Positions 28,537 to 44,000 are shown, numbered from the stretch's first letter. The stretch is DNA of 64,000 bases from the human T2T-CHM13v2.0 reference genome, Homo sapiens (GCF_009914755.1 NC_060940.1), one strand, 5' to 3'. Numbers and translations are program-made. The notes: generated from the letters alone by a model not told the origin.

Positions 28537-31500
28537 ATTATTGCCATTCTAAGGGAGATGACTGAAAGGCTCAGAGAGGTTAAGTGACAGATTGAAATCT
28601 GCATCAATAGCAAGGGATGTGCAGCCACATGCTTATGCCTCCTGAGCACCTCTTTTTGCCAGCATACTGGGGGTGCTGCAGGAGGACTGGGAATTCACAG
28701 GTGGGCTGGGCTGCTGCCTGGACAACCTTCAAAGGAGACAGGAAATGAGAAAATGGGGCTGACTCACTAAGTCAGGACACCCGTCCAGGACAAACCCGGA
28801 AGACTCATGAGCAGGCCCGCAGGCAGTTCCTCATTACCACATCCCACTGCTTGGAGCAGACAACAGCAAGGGAAGCCATCTGGAGGTTAGGTCAATGCAG
28901 CTAGGTCTGCCAGAATGATCCAGATCAAAAAGCCTGCACATTCCAGCTCAGCCTTTTTCCAGGGTCTAGCCAAGTCTCCAGCCCTTCCTGCATTCCATTC
29001 CCTGTGCCTGGAACACTCGACTTCCTTTGGTTTGGCCAGTTCCTACCTGTACTGCAGGTCTCTTGTGTAACATGCACTTCCCTGAATCCTTACTGGAATA
29101 TCCAGTGTGGATGAGCTACTTGGTCCTGGGCTCTCACAGCATCCTGCATTCTGCCTGTCCTACAGACCTACTCTCTATCTGACTGGCTGCCTTCTGTCCG
29201 GGCTCTAAGCTCCAAGAGGAGAAGGACTGTGTCTGTTTTGCTACCATACAGTGTTGTTAATATCAGTATCCAATGATTTCATCATTAAAGGAGATGATGT
29301 GTGAAATCCTTAGGACACTGCATGATGATGTGTACATGGGTAAGGAGTGATGATGGAGGTGGCCCAGCTGCAGTTCTTTGCAGTATTGTAGGATATAAGC
29401 TGTTTATGGACATGCTTCTGAATTGATTCATTTGTGCATTTTTGGCACCAGGCACTGCTATACACACAAAAAATCCAACAAGTGCCAGATGATACCACAA
29501 GTGGCAGGTGATTCACTGGTGAGACAGGGTGCCCCGGGAACTCAAAGGCAAAGTGTGGATCTTTTTACCTGGAACCAGCAGGAAAGGCTTGTCTGACAAA
29601 CATAAGGTGGGACTTTCTGGACATTGGAGAATCATTATAAAAGAGGCACAGGGGAGCAGTTAGTGAAATTTAAAGCAGTTCAGTTCAAGAATTATAGCAT
29701 ATTCACACATTTTACCAAAGCCCCAAGAACACCAACATCTTGACCATGGAGAAGGTGCAGAGGGATGGACTCAAAACTTCATCCCTGCCCTGTTTCCTTC
29801 TTGGTTGGGAGTCTAGGTTGGCTGCACTGCAACCTCTGCCTAGTGTTTAAATCCTGAGTTTTGGTGAGTATTGTTATCATTGACAGTTTCTGAGACAACT
29901 GCAGCCCTCTGCTTCCTGCTGTGGCTGAAACATGACAAATAGAGAACTTCCCTGGGGAGGGGGTTGCTTCAGGGAACCCGTCCCAGGCTGAGACTGTCTT
30001 CCTCAAACCGCCCATCTCCCCCCAGAATGCCCTTCCTTCTTATTCAGGTATGATTTTTAAAATGACCAGGCTTTGAGCTAAAAATACAAATGCTTTATGT
30101 TCCTCCATGGGGGGAAAAATAAGACAAGAGAATCTATGAAAGTAACAAGGAATTTCATCCTTCAGTGGACTTTAGAATGGATATTTTAGACTCAGCCATC
30201 CATAAACATCGGGTAATATCATACTCTTGTAGTGCAGAATGAATTCCACAGAACGGGCCACAAATCTGCATTAGACCAGCAAGGGGGGCTCTCTGCGAGC
30301 GAGCGTTCAAAGATCTAAGGGATGACTGGAACCCTCTGTGCCCAGCTAAACAGATTTCACAGGCAAGAGCCCATCAACCAAATAGCACCAACCCTGGGCA
30401 ACATTCTGCTAGGCCTGTGTAGAGGGGAGAACGCAGGCCATTAGCTCGGGCAGCTGGAGTCAGCTGGGGACTTAGAGCCGAAATCCTGCTCATGTCAGAC
30501 CCTGCTTGTGACCTGCCCTGGATCCCAGTGACTACACGGCTTGCAAGGCCCTGGATGACCTGGTACCAGCTGCTGCCTCTGCATGATCCTACCACCCCGC
30601 TTCAATTCTGGGATTGTGGCATCCTGTCCTCCTCTCTCCATCCTCCAGAAGCCCCAGGATACCTCACTTGCCATTCGCTGGGCCTGCCTCAGTCCTTCCC
30701 CAGGCTTTCAGTGCTGAGCTTCATCATCACACCCTCTAGGAAGCTCCCTTGATCCCCAGTATGGATTAGCTGCCTTTTCTGCAGTGACATGTTGATTCCA
30801 GGCAATAAATGCCAAGCCTTTCACATGCTCGGTGCCACCTTTCTCTCCAGCCTCGTCCTCGCCCAGGCATCCTCCCCTGCTGCATTAGCCAAGCTCCCTG
30901 ATACATACTCACATCTGGGGCTTCTGCCAAACTGATGAGTCCCTCTTCCCTGAGCCTGCCAAGATCCTTCTCTTGTCTGAGCCACTGTCCATGCAACGCC
31001 CCTCGGGACATCCTCACCTTTGTCAAACTGAATTAAAGAATTAAAGCCTCCTCCTCAGCCTCCTTCAAAAATCAGCTCAAATATCACTTCTTCCCAGAAG
31101 CCTCCCCTTACCAGGACCTGCAGAACTGTTCTCCCCTACCTGTGCCCCTCCCCTTGGCCCCTGATGCCCCTCACATCTCCTCCTTGCCTCAGCAGCAGTT
31201 TACCCCCAAGCATGTCCCCAAGTGAACAGATAAGCATCTATCTCAGCTGGGCCTAAACCACCCTTAATATCTCTGGTATCTGCATAGCTCCCAACACACG
31301 GAAACTTACCACACTCTGAAATGAACAATAAAATAAAAGGGCTTCCTTCTCCTGCTTTTCTGAGCTAGTAACTTTATCAAGAAGAAGAGGCTTGCTGTGG
31401 CTGAAGGTACCATAGCCTTTACTTCTACCCCTGCACTCTCTTTAGGATCAAAGAGCAAGGCAAATACTGCCCCAAATTGATTGCGTCCAAATGCAACCAT

Positions 31501-33085
31501 CTCCTGCCATTTTAGATTTGGGAAAAGGAGGTACAGTATGTTTCATAAAGCCAGCATCATGCTGGATTTGCAATATCTACCAAGCCCCCCTGCTAATTGT
31601 TCTACTTTCCTTATCTCTTTTACGCCTCACAACAACCTGATGAGCTAAGTTCAATTGCTCTCATCTACAGAGCAGGAAACAGACAATGAGAGTTTAGGTC
31701 TCTGCCTGGCCAGGTCACGAGAATGCTTGATCATCAAGCTGGCTTGCAGGCTTTGAGCTCCAGGGGCCTAGGTCCAGAGCTGGAGTTTGGGACTGCCACA
31801 CTATCCCCACCTCTCTCCATTGGGATTTCTTCGGCACGTATTTGGATTCTGTTGGAGCTCAGAGAGATTGCACAGCCTGTACACACTTAGATCAACTTGT
31901 CAGTGGCAGGGCTCGCTCACAACAGATCTTTTTCATCCCTCCTCCCTCGACTCATGAGGCTGACAGAGTGGTATATTGGATTTCCAAAGGCATCTTTCAG
32001 TAGAAAAAATATTTTCTTTTGATCACCCTCTCTCTTCCCAAAGTTGCAAAGGTGGGAGATCAAGTTGCCAACTGGAATTCCATTCATCAAGGAGATAAAT
32101 ATCAGCTATCTACTCCCCCAGTGCCACCATCAAAGAGCACATGTCAGCGGGTTGGCAGCTAGTGGCTGGCAGGACAAGGAGGCCTGAGACCGAGACTGGG
32201 GAGGGGCCTGTGTTTGAATCCAGTCTCTGCTACTACCCTCCCATGTGACCTTCGGCAAGCCACATCTCCTCTTTTGGCTTTTGTTTCTCCGTCTGGAAAG
32301 CAAATGTGGGTTCCATGAACAACTAAGTTGACCAAATAAATGAACTGATGAATGAATGAATGAATGATACAGTACAATGAGCCATTTTTCTGCTCTAAGA
32401 AACTATGACTCTAAAATATTTTTCTAAAGCAGAGTTCATTCTGTTGGCCAAGCCAGAACCCCAATCATCTGCAGTAGGACCAGCATCTAAGTTTCACATT
32501 ATACCCACAATCTCTCTTTAATTGAGAGGGTGATTTAAAGCACCAGGACTTTAGACCCAAAGAGCAATGTGAGGTCTGTGAATGGTAAGCCTCTCCTTTC
32601 TCTCTTCCCATTTAAACCCAGCTCCAGCTCCATTCACCCACAGGCAGCCAGCATGGTGCAAGGGGCTTTCTGCAGCTGGGGCAGTTGACTTGAGCACAGC
32701 TGACCTCTCAAGGTCTCCCCTGGCTCCAGATCCTCTGATTCAATAATAGTCCCTGTGAATAACAGATCTGCTCCCTGACACTGTGCATGATAAAGTGACC
32801 TGATACAAAGTCCTATTAAGATAAATCACATTTACGTTTAGGAAATTATATGTTTGAATCCTGTAATTTAATGTCACTGTGACGCCTGAGAGGAAGGAGA
32901 GAGAACTCAATTAGAGGCTAATTAGACCAGGCGACTCAGGAGGCCTCGGTTGGCTGTCTGCCTCTGCTGAAGGGAACTTAAGCAAAGCTACCCAAAATTC
33001 CTGCCCCTCTGCCTCAGTTTCCCCACCTTAAGATGGGGATAGTCCTTGTAAGGGAAGTAAAGGACCTTGAATAAGACAGAAAAGG

Positions 33086-33686
<601 letters not shown>

Positions 33687-33687
33687 T

Positions 33688-33842
33688 CTGCTGGGGTCCA
33701 TGGGTGGGCTTCAGAGGGTCTGTGAACCCTGCACCACAAAATGCAAAATCTATGTGGGAGTTATATTTACAGAGGAGTAGATCCCTCAGAGTTTCATCAG
33801 ATGTTCAGAGGTAGGCAGAGCTAAAAACGCTACAAACTACTG
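33688..33842 (-). mobile_element. MER103C-like hAT MITE
   Basis: CTGGGGTCCATGGGTGGGCTTCAGAGGGTCTGTGAACCC...ATGCAAAAT...TTTCATCAGAT resembles recalled MER103C. Confidence 0.6.
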
Positions 33843-35357
33843 CTTCTCTCAATCCTCCCCTTCAGCGGAAACTATTCTAACATCTCTCCTTCTCCAACCA
33901 ACAGCCTTTGCTCCTTCCTGTTGTGGCCCCTCTTGCTAAAATGGCTGGTCATTGTCACCATCCTACTTCCTCCCTCCTCAAAATCCTGCCATCGCCACCA
34001 TCCCCCTAAAACTCCCTTCCCAGGGTAACTGTTGGCCTTCTAAGATCCACCTATTTTTCTTAGCATCTTTCCAGCATCAGCCCCTGTTTGCAACTGCACT
34101 GAATCCCTGATCCCTTTGGCTTCTGTAATCCGTGATGTTGCCCTTCCAGACCACTGCCAGGCAAGCACTCCTTGCATCTCTCCTGGGCTCAGTCCTCTTC
34201 CTGCCCCACTCATATGGCATGGTGTTCCCAGGCCACCCCTCCAGCCCCTCTAGACTGAGGGTACTTGTGTTTAACACCCGCTTGGAATTCTTCTTGATGA
34301 CTCAGACCCATGTAGGCAACTACCTCCTGGATTTCACAGAGATCCCTGAAATTCAACATTCAAGAACAAACTCAGTCATTTCCTACCCCATCTCATGCAG
34401 CTGAAATAACTATAAACCTAGTTGCCACCGCAGGAAACTTTCTCCTGAACTTCTCCCTCCATCCCTGATATCCTACAGGACCACACATTCTGAGGCTTGG
34501 AGATTTCCTGCTGAGTGGAGGTGACTGGAGAGAGGAAAAGTCTATCAGGGCAATCCTGAGGTCAAGGTGCCCTTGGAGAAGCAATGTTTTGGAGGGAACT
34601 CTGTATTGGAGTGGAGGTTCCGCAATGCACAAGGAACATAAAAGGGTGTGAGGGGAGGGGTTGTTTAGGTCACAGGAAGGACATGAAAGCTGTGGGTCCA
34701 AGAAGACTTGCCCTTTAAGTGGTGGTGGTGATGAGTTGGGCCAAGGGCAGACTGGGATGTGGAGAAGGATGTAGATGGGATAAAATGAAGTCCAGGGTCA
34801 AAGTGGAATGTGGGTGCAAGGTGTCTGTAGTGCTGCCACGGTGGTATTGCTCCTCCCCCAACAATTCCCAACCCCTGGTTTCCTGCCAAAGTCTAAATCT
34901 CAGTGGGTGAGCTAGTAGGGGGATGAGAAAATGACACTTGTCAAGGGATGCAATCCCATAATAGCACAGCAACCACCAGAGCTTAAAGAAGGGCCCTTTG
35001 GGACAGAGCGAAGACAGAAGGCAGTCGCAGGGGAGGAATGACAGGAACAGGATAGAGTTTCTTGATCTATAGCAGTTAATATCTGTTGAAGAAGGTCTTC
35101 CTTTATGACTGCATTGATCAAATGATGATGAGATAATGGCTACTGTGATAAAAAATCAAAGGAGAAGACTTCTTTATGTAGCACTTGCTTAGGCTCAGTG
35201 TAGCTTTAAGCTCTAATAACTTCAGAGAGATAAATGCCATAAATAAACAAAAACAGTATTTGAAATTATATTTCTTTTTTTTTTAACATTGATTTGGTTC
35301 TGTGAATTTTAAAAAACAAGTCTTTAAATTTTTTTCAGCCCCTCTGACTGAGCATAG

Positions 35358-35722
<365 letters not shown>

Positions 35723-38202
35723 TAAATGCACAAAACGAAAGATTTTTAGAAAAGGGTAATACTTCAACTTTCAAATGATGTGTTTTTGTTAAGTGTATAG
35801 CATGGGTGCTTCTGAAATTATTAAAAATCAAAATTACACTCAAGCTTTGGGAAGACTTTTTATTTAAAAAAAAATCATAATATTCAATCTTCATAGTAGC
35901 TCCCTAAAGGTAGGTATTACTATAACCCTCTTTTACAGACAAAAATCCAGAGTTTGAGTGAGGTTAGGAGACCTGCCAAAGTTGCTTAGGGAGGGATTCT
36001 GGAGCTGAGTTACCGCCTCTTGTGACCAAAATGTAATGTAGCCTAACGAGAGATTTGGGAATGATGCCTCCAGCTCATGGGCTGGCCAAGTAGTTGCCTT
36101 ATAAAATAGTGAGGAGTCTTCCTGACAGAACACGTGTGGACAGAATGCAAACTAGAGGAAAGTAGCAAGTTGGCCTGGGGGAAGATTATCTCACAGAGGA
36201 CCCCTCCAGGGTGCAGCCAGAGACAGTGGTGGGCCAGGATGGGAGGGGACTGAGCTGGGTTGTTTATCTTTGTCCATATGGGCTGCTGGTGATGTTTACA
36301 TAGACTGCATGGAGCTCTTTGGGTCAGCTTTAACTGGGGGTATGCAGACTAGATGGGGAAGAACGAAGGGAGGGTACAAAGAAACCCGAAGGGAGATCTG
36401 GGCATTGCAGGAGCACAAATGGATGAGAAATGTGAGACCGGGTGAGATGCAAGCTATGCGTAGCTGCTCAAATATTAATCAACAATATATTTTAATGACA
36501 TCAAACACCAGTGAGCATTTGAAGAAACATGAAGGGCTTTGGATACTTGAATAATGGCATTGTCACTTTGAGATTTTATGGTCTCATCTTTGGCAAGAGC
36601 TACAGCAAAACCCTAAGCAAATAGTCAGGGTGCTGGGCGTGAGCTTTGGAATGTGAGTCAGCAGCGGCTCAACAGGTCCCTCATAATAACAAAGCATCTG
36701 CCTCTCCCAAAGTCACCTGGTTTCTTAGGATCATAGCACATCTGCAAAGCCCACAGCTAAATGGCCTCTTCTGTCGGTACAGGGTCAGGCCTGGGCTCAG
36801 AGAGCCCCATGGAGCTCTGCTCATACATTAGCTGCTGTGTGACCTTGGGCTCAGGACAGAACCACTGGAACTCAGTTTTGAAATCTGTAAAGTGGGATGG
36901 CTCTAGGTTCATGGTAAATGTCAAGGAGGTACGAGTGATAGAGCCCACACAGGCCCAGGCACCTGGTGAGCTGGGGTAAAGCAGCTCTAGAACATTATTA
37001 CCGTGCCCAGCTATTGCTCATCTTGGCCACCTGCGGCTGCGGCTCAAGAAGAACAGCGAGGCATCCAGCCACACAGTTCACCGTAGGTGGGCTGGCCTGT
37101 AGCCCAGGTCTCAGAGAGTCAGACCAGTTGTTTTTCCCTCAGCTGTAAGCAGAATTCTCCCAGAAGGACCAGCCAGCCCTGGGTTGAGCAGAGGAGACTT
37201 GGCTTATTCCTTGTACGATCTGGGAGGATTACTCCTCATCCTAGGAAGATAAAAAAGGCATGAAATGCCTTTACTAGACTATTTACTAGACTCAGGGTAT
37301 AGTAAAGCTGTTAACATCGAGATGAACAGAAACAAGAGTTAGGCGGCTGCCTTCTAAAGCTGACCCAAGACAGCAAGCGTGGCCACAGGTAATTAAAAGA
37401 AAGAAATACATCGCCCTTTACACACCCACAGTGTTCAGAGGGCTTTTATCAGCAATGCTTTTGTCCTCCAAGAAGAGGCCCTAAGGAGAGGCTAAGAACT
37501 GTAAGTAAGTTCATCACACAGAGTCACTAGGCCCCTCAGTGGCCACTGTGAGATAAGCAAGCCAAGACTTGCTGTGCCTAACTCCCAGGGCCTCATCTGT
37601 GCTCTACAGAGCTACCTCTATGGCGATTATCAGGTCAGAGAGACACAAAGACCCCAGCCCAGGGCACCTGAAGGCCATTTCCAGTCTAACCTTCCTGATA
37701 GGAGAAAGTCAGTGAGCAGCACACCTGGGAGGAAAGGAATGGCAGGTCAGGGAGGCTCGTGGCTTCTGGCCTCCATTTCCACATCAGAAAGCCTGAGGTA
37801 GCAATGATCGCTGCCTAATAGGCAGGGCCGACATGGACAGTTGCTCAAGCAGTGCACTGCACCTGTCCTCCTGGAGGTGCCACATGTGCCAGGCACCCCT
37901 GGAGCTGAACAGTGTTTGACCTGTCAAACAGTGGTTCGACCAATCTCAGTAAGAATCTCATGAGATTTTGTTAAACCACTTTGGAAAAAGTCAAAAACTA
38001 TGCAACGATTAGCCATCATCACAATAGTTACCAAAAAAAAAGTTTTACAATTACCCTCTCTACACTGACCATCTCTTTGTGGGGCCTTAACCTCTGTAGC
38101 ACTTTCTCTACTGTCCAACTGGCAATAGCAACAAGAAAAAACACACACGATATTTAAACACAAATATTAATCACTGCCCCCCAAGACTCTTCTGTTATAA
38201 TT

Positions 38203-38390
38203 CAGTATTTCTCAAATTTCCATGTATATGTGAATCATCTGAATTTTTTTTAATGGGATTCTGATGAAGAGAGGTAGATTTAGGAAGTAAAAGAGGGGTG
38301 CTGAGATGCTGCATTTCTGACAGGTGCCATGGGCCTTGCTATGGTGAGGCTGTTGCTGCTGCTCTGTGGACCACACTTGGAGAAGAAAGC
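38203..38390. mobile_element. MER5-family hAT MITE
   Basis: CAGTATTTCTCAAA...GAATCATCTG...CTGCATTTCTGACAGG...GCTGCTGCTCTGTGGACCACACTT. Confidence 0.65.
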
Positions 38391-38467
38391 CTGTGACTCC
38401 CGCAGCACCTAATGTTAGCATAAGGGATGTTTGTTTTTCCTTGGTTTTTTGAGGACCAGTAGAAATG

Positions 38468-38690
38468 AAGGGCCAACAAACTAAAGCCTGCAGCCCAAAT
38501 CCAGCCTGCTGCCTCACTTAGTAAATAAAATTTTATCAGAACACAGCCACACCTACTATTTACATATTGTCTCTGGCTGTTTTGTTGCTGTCATAACGGG
38601 GTCGAGTGGTTGTGACAGAGACTGTGTTGCCTACAAAGCTGGAGATATTTACTACCTAGTCCTTTAAGAAGAGGCTAGATGACCAAGCAG
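38468..38690 (+). mobile_element. MER58A hAT-Charlie MITE
   Basis: CAAACTAAAGCCTGCAGCCCAAATCCAGCC...GTAAATAAAATTTTATCAGAACACAGCCACACC...TGTGACAGAGAC...ATATTTACTA. Confidence 0.8.
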
Positions 38691-38894
38691 TTAAGGTGAG
38701 ACCAACTTGTATTGAGTGGGGGTAGGAGTCAGAGGGAGAGAGACAGGAAAGAGAAACACATTGAATCTGAAATCAAACACACTTCATCAAACACACTTCA
38801 TCACATGGTGCTTTCAACCTCAACACCCTGCCAACTGACTTTCAGCTTGGCTATCAGGGAGGCTTCATTTCTGAGGAGAGTTCATTGGTTTATT

Positions 38895-39785
38895 TGTTTG
38901 TTTTAATTTGTATAGATTTAGAGGGTAAAACTGCAGTTTCTTACATGGATATATTGAATAGTGTGAGGTCTGGGCTTTTAGTGTAGCAATCACCCAAATA
39001 GTGTACATTGTATCTATTAAGTAATTTCTCATCCCTTATTCCCATCCCACCCTTCTGAGTCTCCAATGTGCATTATTCCACAATGTATGTTCCTGTGTAC
39101 ACATTGTTTAAAGTGAAAACATGTAGTATTTGATTTCCTAAGTTATTTCACTTAAGACAGTGGTCTCCAGGTCCATCTCTGTTATTGCAAAATACATGAT
39201 TTTATTCTTTTATGGCTGAATAGTGTTTCATTTTGTGTGTGTGTGTGTGTGTACCACATTTTCTTTATCCAATCATCTGTTGATGGACACTTAGACTGAT
39301 TTCACATCTTTGCTATTGTGAATAGTGCTGTGATAAACATGAGTGCAAGTATCTTTTTAATATAATGATTTCTTTTCCTTTGGGTAGACACCCAGTAGTG
39401 GAGTTGCTGAATCAAACGATAGTTCTATGTTTAGCTCTTTGAGAAATCTCGATACCGTTTTCCATAGAGTTTTACTAATTGTGCTAATTTACATTTCCAC
39501 CAACAATGTATAAGCGTTTCCTTTTCTCTGCATCTTCACCAACATTTGTTATTCTTTGACTTCTTAATACTAGCCATTCTGACTGATTTAAGATGGTATC
39601 TCACTGTGTTTTAATTTGCTTTTCCCTGATTATTAGTGATATCGAGCATTTTTTCATATGCTTGTTGGTGACTTGTATGTCTTCTTTTGAATAAAGGTCT
39701 GTTCCTGTCTTTTGCCCACTTTTTAATGAGGTTATTTGTGTTTTGTTGTTGAGTTGTTTAAGTTCCTTGTAGATTCTGGAGAGCT
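38895..39785 (-). mobile_element. L1MA/L1PB-like 3' end including ORF2 C-terminal remnant
   Basis: TACCACATTTTCTTTATCCAATCATCTGTTGATGGACAC...; the ORF 39601-39801 translation (IYKELKQL...KHMKKCSISLIIRE) matches the L1 ORF2 C-terminus. Confidence 0.9.
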
Positions 39786-40340
39786 TATTTTTGTTAGTCA
39801 TCTTTGCAGAGAGATGGTAGATTAGACCTCCTTAGGTTTCTCTGTTGGCAGAAAAAACAGATATATTCCAGAAAGCCATGTAGAGTCCATCTTGGCCTCC
39901 AATATAGAGATGTGTCATAATTGGCAGAAGCCAGCATCTTCGCAGGTAACATGATAGGATTCAGATTATTCAGTCCAAGATGTTCTGAGAAATGCAGCTG
40001 GCCCAAGCTGAGTCCAGACATGTGGCCAAGAAGTCCCTCAGAGATCCAGTTCATTCTGACACCTGGCTACCAAGTGAAGGATCCAATGTTAAGAAGTTGG
40101 CCATCAATAACTACAAAAACCACTTGTGGTTATTTCAGTATTCCTAAAATACGTGGGTTTTTTTGTTTGTTGGTTTTTTTTTTGACCCTGTAGGCTCCCA
40201 GAGCCAGGCTATAAGTTAAAGGTCATCCACTCTGCTCCCACCATGCTCCCAACTATCAACAACAGTTGCCTCAACCATGGTTTTGACCGGGTGATTTCAG
40301 CCTCCACTTGAATACTCCTCATAATAAGGAGCTCACTACC

Positions 40341-40778
40341 TGTCTTAATCTGTTTGTGTGGCTATAAAAGAATACTTGAGACTGGATCATTTACGAAGAA
40401 AAGAGGTTTATTTAGCGTATAGTTCTGCAGGCTGACAAGATCGAGGGCGTGGCCATGGCTCCTGGCTTTCGTGCTGCATCACAACATGGTGGAGAGGGTC
40501 AAAAGGGAACAAACCCATGCACAAAGGGGAGAAATCTGAGGGGCATCCTTGTTGTATAACCCACTGTCGTGGGAGCTAGTCCATTCCCAGAGAACTAATC
40601 CAGTCTCATCAGCATGAACTCAATACCATGAGAACAGCACTCAGCCCTTCAGGAGGAATCCACACCCCATGATCAAAACACCTCCCACCAGGCCCCACCT
40701 TCCAACACCACCACACTAGGGATCACATTTCTACATGAGTTTTGGTGGCGACAAACAAACCATATCTGAGCCATAGCA
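40341..40778 (-). mobile_element. MST-family MaLR solo LTR
   Basis: TGTCTTAATCTGTTTGTGTGGCTATAAAAGAATACTTGAGACTGG...AAAACACCTCCCACCAGGCCCCACC...CCATAGCA. Confidence 0.8.
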
Positions 40779-42189
40779 TTCCTGCACACACAAATGCTTG
40801 TGTGACTCCATTTGCAACAAAGTTCCTCTTTGAACTGAGTTCAAACCCGCTTCCATGCAGTGTCCATCCACTGGTCCAAGTGCCACGTTACAGAGTCAAA
40901 GAAAATGAGTCTAACCCTTGTCATCCCCCACAGAACTTCAAATCTCTTTTCTGGGGTGACTTTGGATAGGTTGCTGTATCTCTTGGGGCCCCTGTTTCCT
41001 CACATCTAAACTGGGGGGGTCCCAACTGGACACACAGAATGTTTGTGGGGGTCAAAGAGGTAGGGGTGGCCAAACTTTCATCCCCAGTATCTCACATAAT
41101 GCTCATGCCAGCTCTGTGAAGTGGAAATTGGTTATTCTCATTTTTAAAATAAGGAAACTGAAGTTCCGAAGGGGAAGCGGCTCAGCTGGTGAGGGCAGGG
41201 GAAGGCTTCAAATCCACGCACATCTAAAGCAACCTCAGTGCTCTGTGGAACTCATCATTTGCCTCTTAGGAAAGTAGGGGACCAGTTTTGGGACAAAGGA
41301 ACCCTCGGGTTATTCAGATTCAGATTCTGGACCTGGAAATTCCAAAATGAGCCCTTGAAAGCTGGAAATAAATCAGGTCAATCCCAAACTCCCTTTGTTT
41401 AGAAAAATGAAATGTTTTTATCAACTTCTTCAACAGGAAATCTGATTTCCATCCTTGTTGCCACTTTATCATTTCCTCCCAGCTGTTATCGAGATCACAG
41501 CTTCAAAGATGGTTAAATGTTTGTCACATTTAATATTCTTGTTCCCATTTTTCACATACGGGAAGCTGGCTGGTGCTCATTGGAAGTGCTGGGCTGAAAA
41601 CGCAGCTGCTTGTGCAACTGTGTGTGCAGGGGCGGAAGTCCAGAGAGCTGCCCAGTTGTCTGCCTTGGTGACAGTGGCATCAGATGGGGTCTTTGAGCCC
41701 TTGGGGACAGGACCAGGACATACAAGAGCTGAGGCTGGATACCAGGAGACAGGGGGCCACAGAGCCCTCCTGTGCATGCATCTCCCTAGTGTTCCATCGG
41801 CCCAGCTCTTGCCACCCACCACCCTTCTTTGTGAAGGCATCAGCATCTCTCACCTGAGTATATCAAGCTCTTCCTTCAAACCAGTGTCTGTGGCTCCAAG
41901 CAGACCTTCTACAAACCTTTTCCCACCTTCTCCACACAGCCACTAGAGTGATTTTTCAAAACCCCAAATCTGATCATGTTACATCCATGCTCAAATACCT
42001 TCAGTATGTCCCCACTGTCCTCTCAGGATAAATTTCAGACTCAATAACATATCTCAATAAGGTCTGGTCTGCTTGACTTCTGCCTCTTCTGAAGCCTTGC
42101 CCATTACCATGGCACCTGCTGTCTAAGCTCCAGCCTCTGAGGCCTCACTTCTGCTCCTCTGCCTGAAACCCTCTTTCCAACTCTCCAAA

Positions 42190-42690
42190 ATGGCAGATTA
42201 GAGATGGTCACAAATTCATTGACATTTCTCCATCAATAAGTGGGAATATGTGTCCCCTCCCCTTGACTCTGGACAGGCTCTGTGACCAGTGGGGTCCAGG
42301 GGACATAACACTGTGGTGGTTTGTGGCCCTTGGGCCTTAAGAGACTGGTAGCTACCATCTTCTCTTTCTCTCTCTCTCTCTGTCTCTGCCTGGAGCTGCC
42401 ATGTAAGAAGCCTGACTGCTTTGCTAAAGAGATAAGAGGGGATGTGAAGAGAGTCCCTGAGACTACTTAGAAAAAGGGGGCCCACTGAGCCCAGCCTCTC
42501 AACAGTCCCCACCAAGGCAATATGACCAAATGACCACAATTGACAATTGACACCCATAGACCAGAAGAATCACCAAGCTGAACCCAATCCAAACTCCTAG
42601 CCCAAAGAATTGTAAGAAATAACAAAATCATTGTTGTTTTAAACTTCTAAGTTTTGGCAACTAGTTATGTAGTAACAGACCACCTGACCC
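42190..42690 (+). mobile_element. MLT1-family MaLR LTR (MLT1G/H-like)
   Basis: TCCCCTCCCCTTGACTCTGGACAGGCTCTGTGAC...AGAATTGTAAGAAATAACAAAATCATTGTTGTTTTAAAC. Confidence 0.75.
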
Positions 42691-43909
42691 CTTTTTCTCC
42701 CTAATTTTGGGTAACTAACTCCTATGCATCTTTTGGCTGAGATGTCATTTCCTTTGGAAAGCCTTTTCTGATGGCACAAGGCCATTCTTGTTGCCCATAG
42801 AAATCTATTCCTCTCCCATCTCAATGTGCCTGGTTGCTAGCTTTTCTCTCCCACTATCTTTGGAAGTCCCCAGAGGGCAGAGTACCATGCTGGTCTGCCT
42901 AGCATTGTGTCTTCATCAGGGAGCACAGTCATTGCTAAATAAACATTTCCCAAGTGAGTGACCAAATGAACAGATAGATGAAATCACCTGGGACAACTAA
43001 AAGGGATTCTAATTAATGGTAAGAGTTAAGCCAAGGACAGGAAACAAGTTTCTAAAATAGTCCCACCAAATAACTCTCTGTGGTCATTGTGAAGGAAGAT
43101 GCATACATTATATCCAGCTTGAGGAGGTTGGGTTTATAGATATTCCAACAAAAACTATGCAGCCATTAAACATCAATCAATATCTCAATATGTGAAAATC
43201 AATTATGGGATAAGGCAATTGCCAACAAAGCTTAATTTATTTGTTCATTCTTTATTTCATGCATTTATTTTCTCAAGAAGCATTTGTCAAGTGTCTCCTA
43301 CATGCCAGATACTTTGTCAGTTGCTGGAGATATAAAGCCAAAAGACACAAGGTCGCAGGGTCCATGATAGGCAGATGGGGAGCACCAGAACAGACTCGGT
43401 GTCAATCAGGGAAAGCTGTCACCAGCAGGTGACATGAGATAAGTTTTCAAGAAAGATAAGCATTGCAGAGAGGAGTTGGGTAGGAGGAAGTTGCTGCCAA
43501 GACCTGCATCGTTTGCCCCTGAGTCACCAAGGATCACAATGCTCATGGCTGATAATTATGAAATTAAAAGCAGCAGGGGATTGGGGATTTTAGGAAAAGG
43601 AGGTATCCTCAGTGGTGGTACAGGAGCAGATGCTGCTTAGAGAAGAGAAAGCAAACAGAGGCAAAGCCCTCCTGGGCCCAGTGCCTGCAGTGTGGTGGAA
43701 GACTGAGATCTGTTAAAGAGGGGGAAAAGAAAACTTTAAAAGCTGGAGGCAAGACTCAGAGTGAAGGCTTAATTGAGGAAGCAGGCATTTTGGGTTCACA
43801 CAAATAAGCAAATAGAATCCCCTTGGCCCCTCCTGGTCATCTGTGAGTTTTGACAGGGTTCATGCAAAGACAATGATGAGTACATCATAACACCGCATGG
43901 CCAACAGTA

Positions 43910-44000
43910 ATTATAAGACAACATCAATTATACAGCTCAGCCTAATTTTGAGATATTAATGAATGAAAAACTGTGCATCTTGAAATTGATGAATGGTAGT
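43910..44000 (-). mobile_element. MER104-like TcMar fragment
   Basis: Reverse complement TTCATCAATTTCAAGATGCACAGTTTTTC...ATCTCAAAATTAGG resembles MER104. A second similar copy lies at about 58065-58270. Confidence 0.5.

Noticed and set aside
30274-30292. CTCF-like GACCAGCAAGGGGGGCTC
   Set aside because: Mismatches at core positions of the CTCF consensus; unsupported without ChIP data.
41455-41946. 163-aa ORF (also the 148-aa at 9304, 137-aa at 4466 and 136-aa at 53602)
   Set aside because: No recognisable domain or coding-like composition, several start at non-ATG codons or overlap repeats, and the lengths are within chance expectation.
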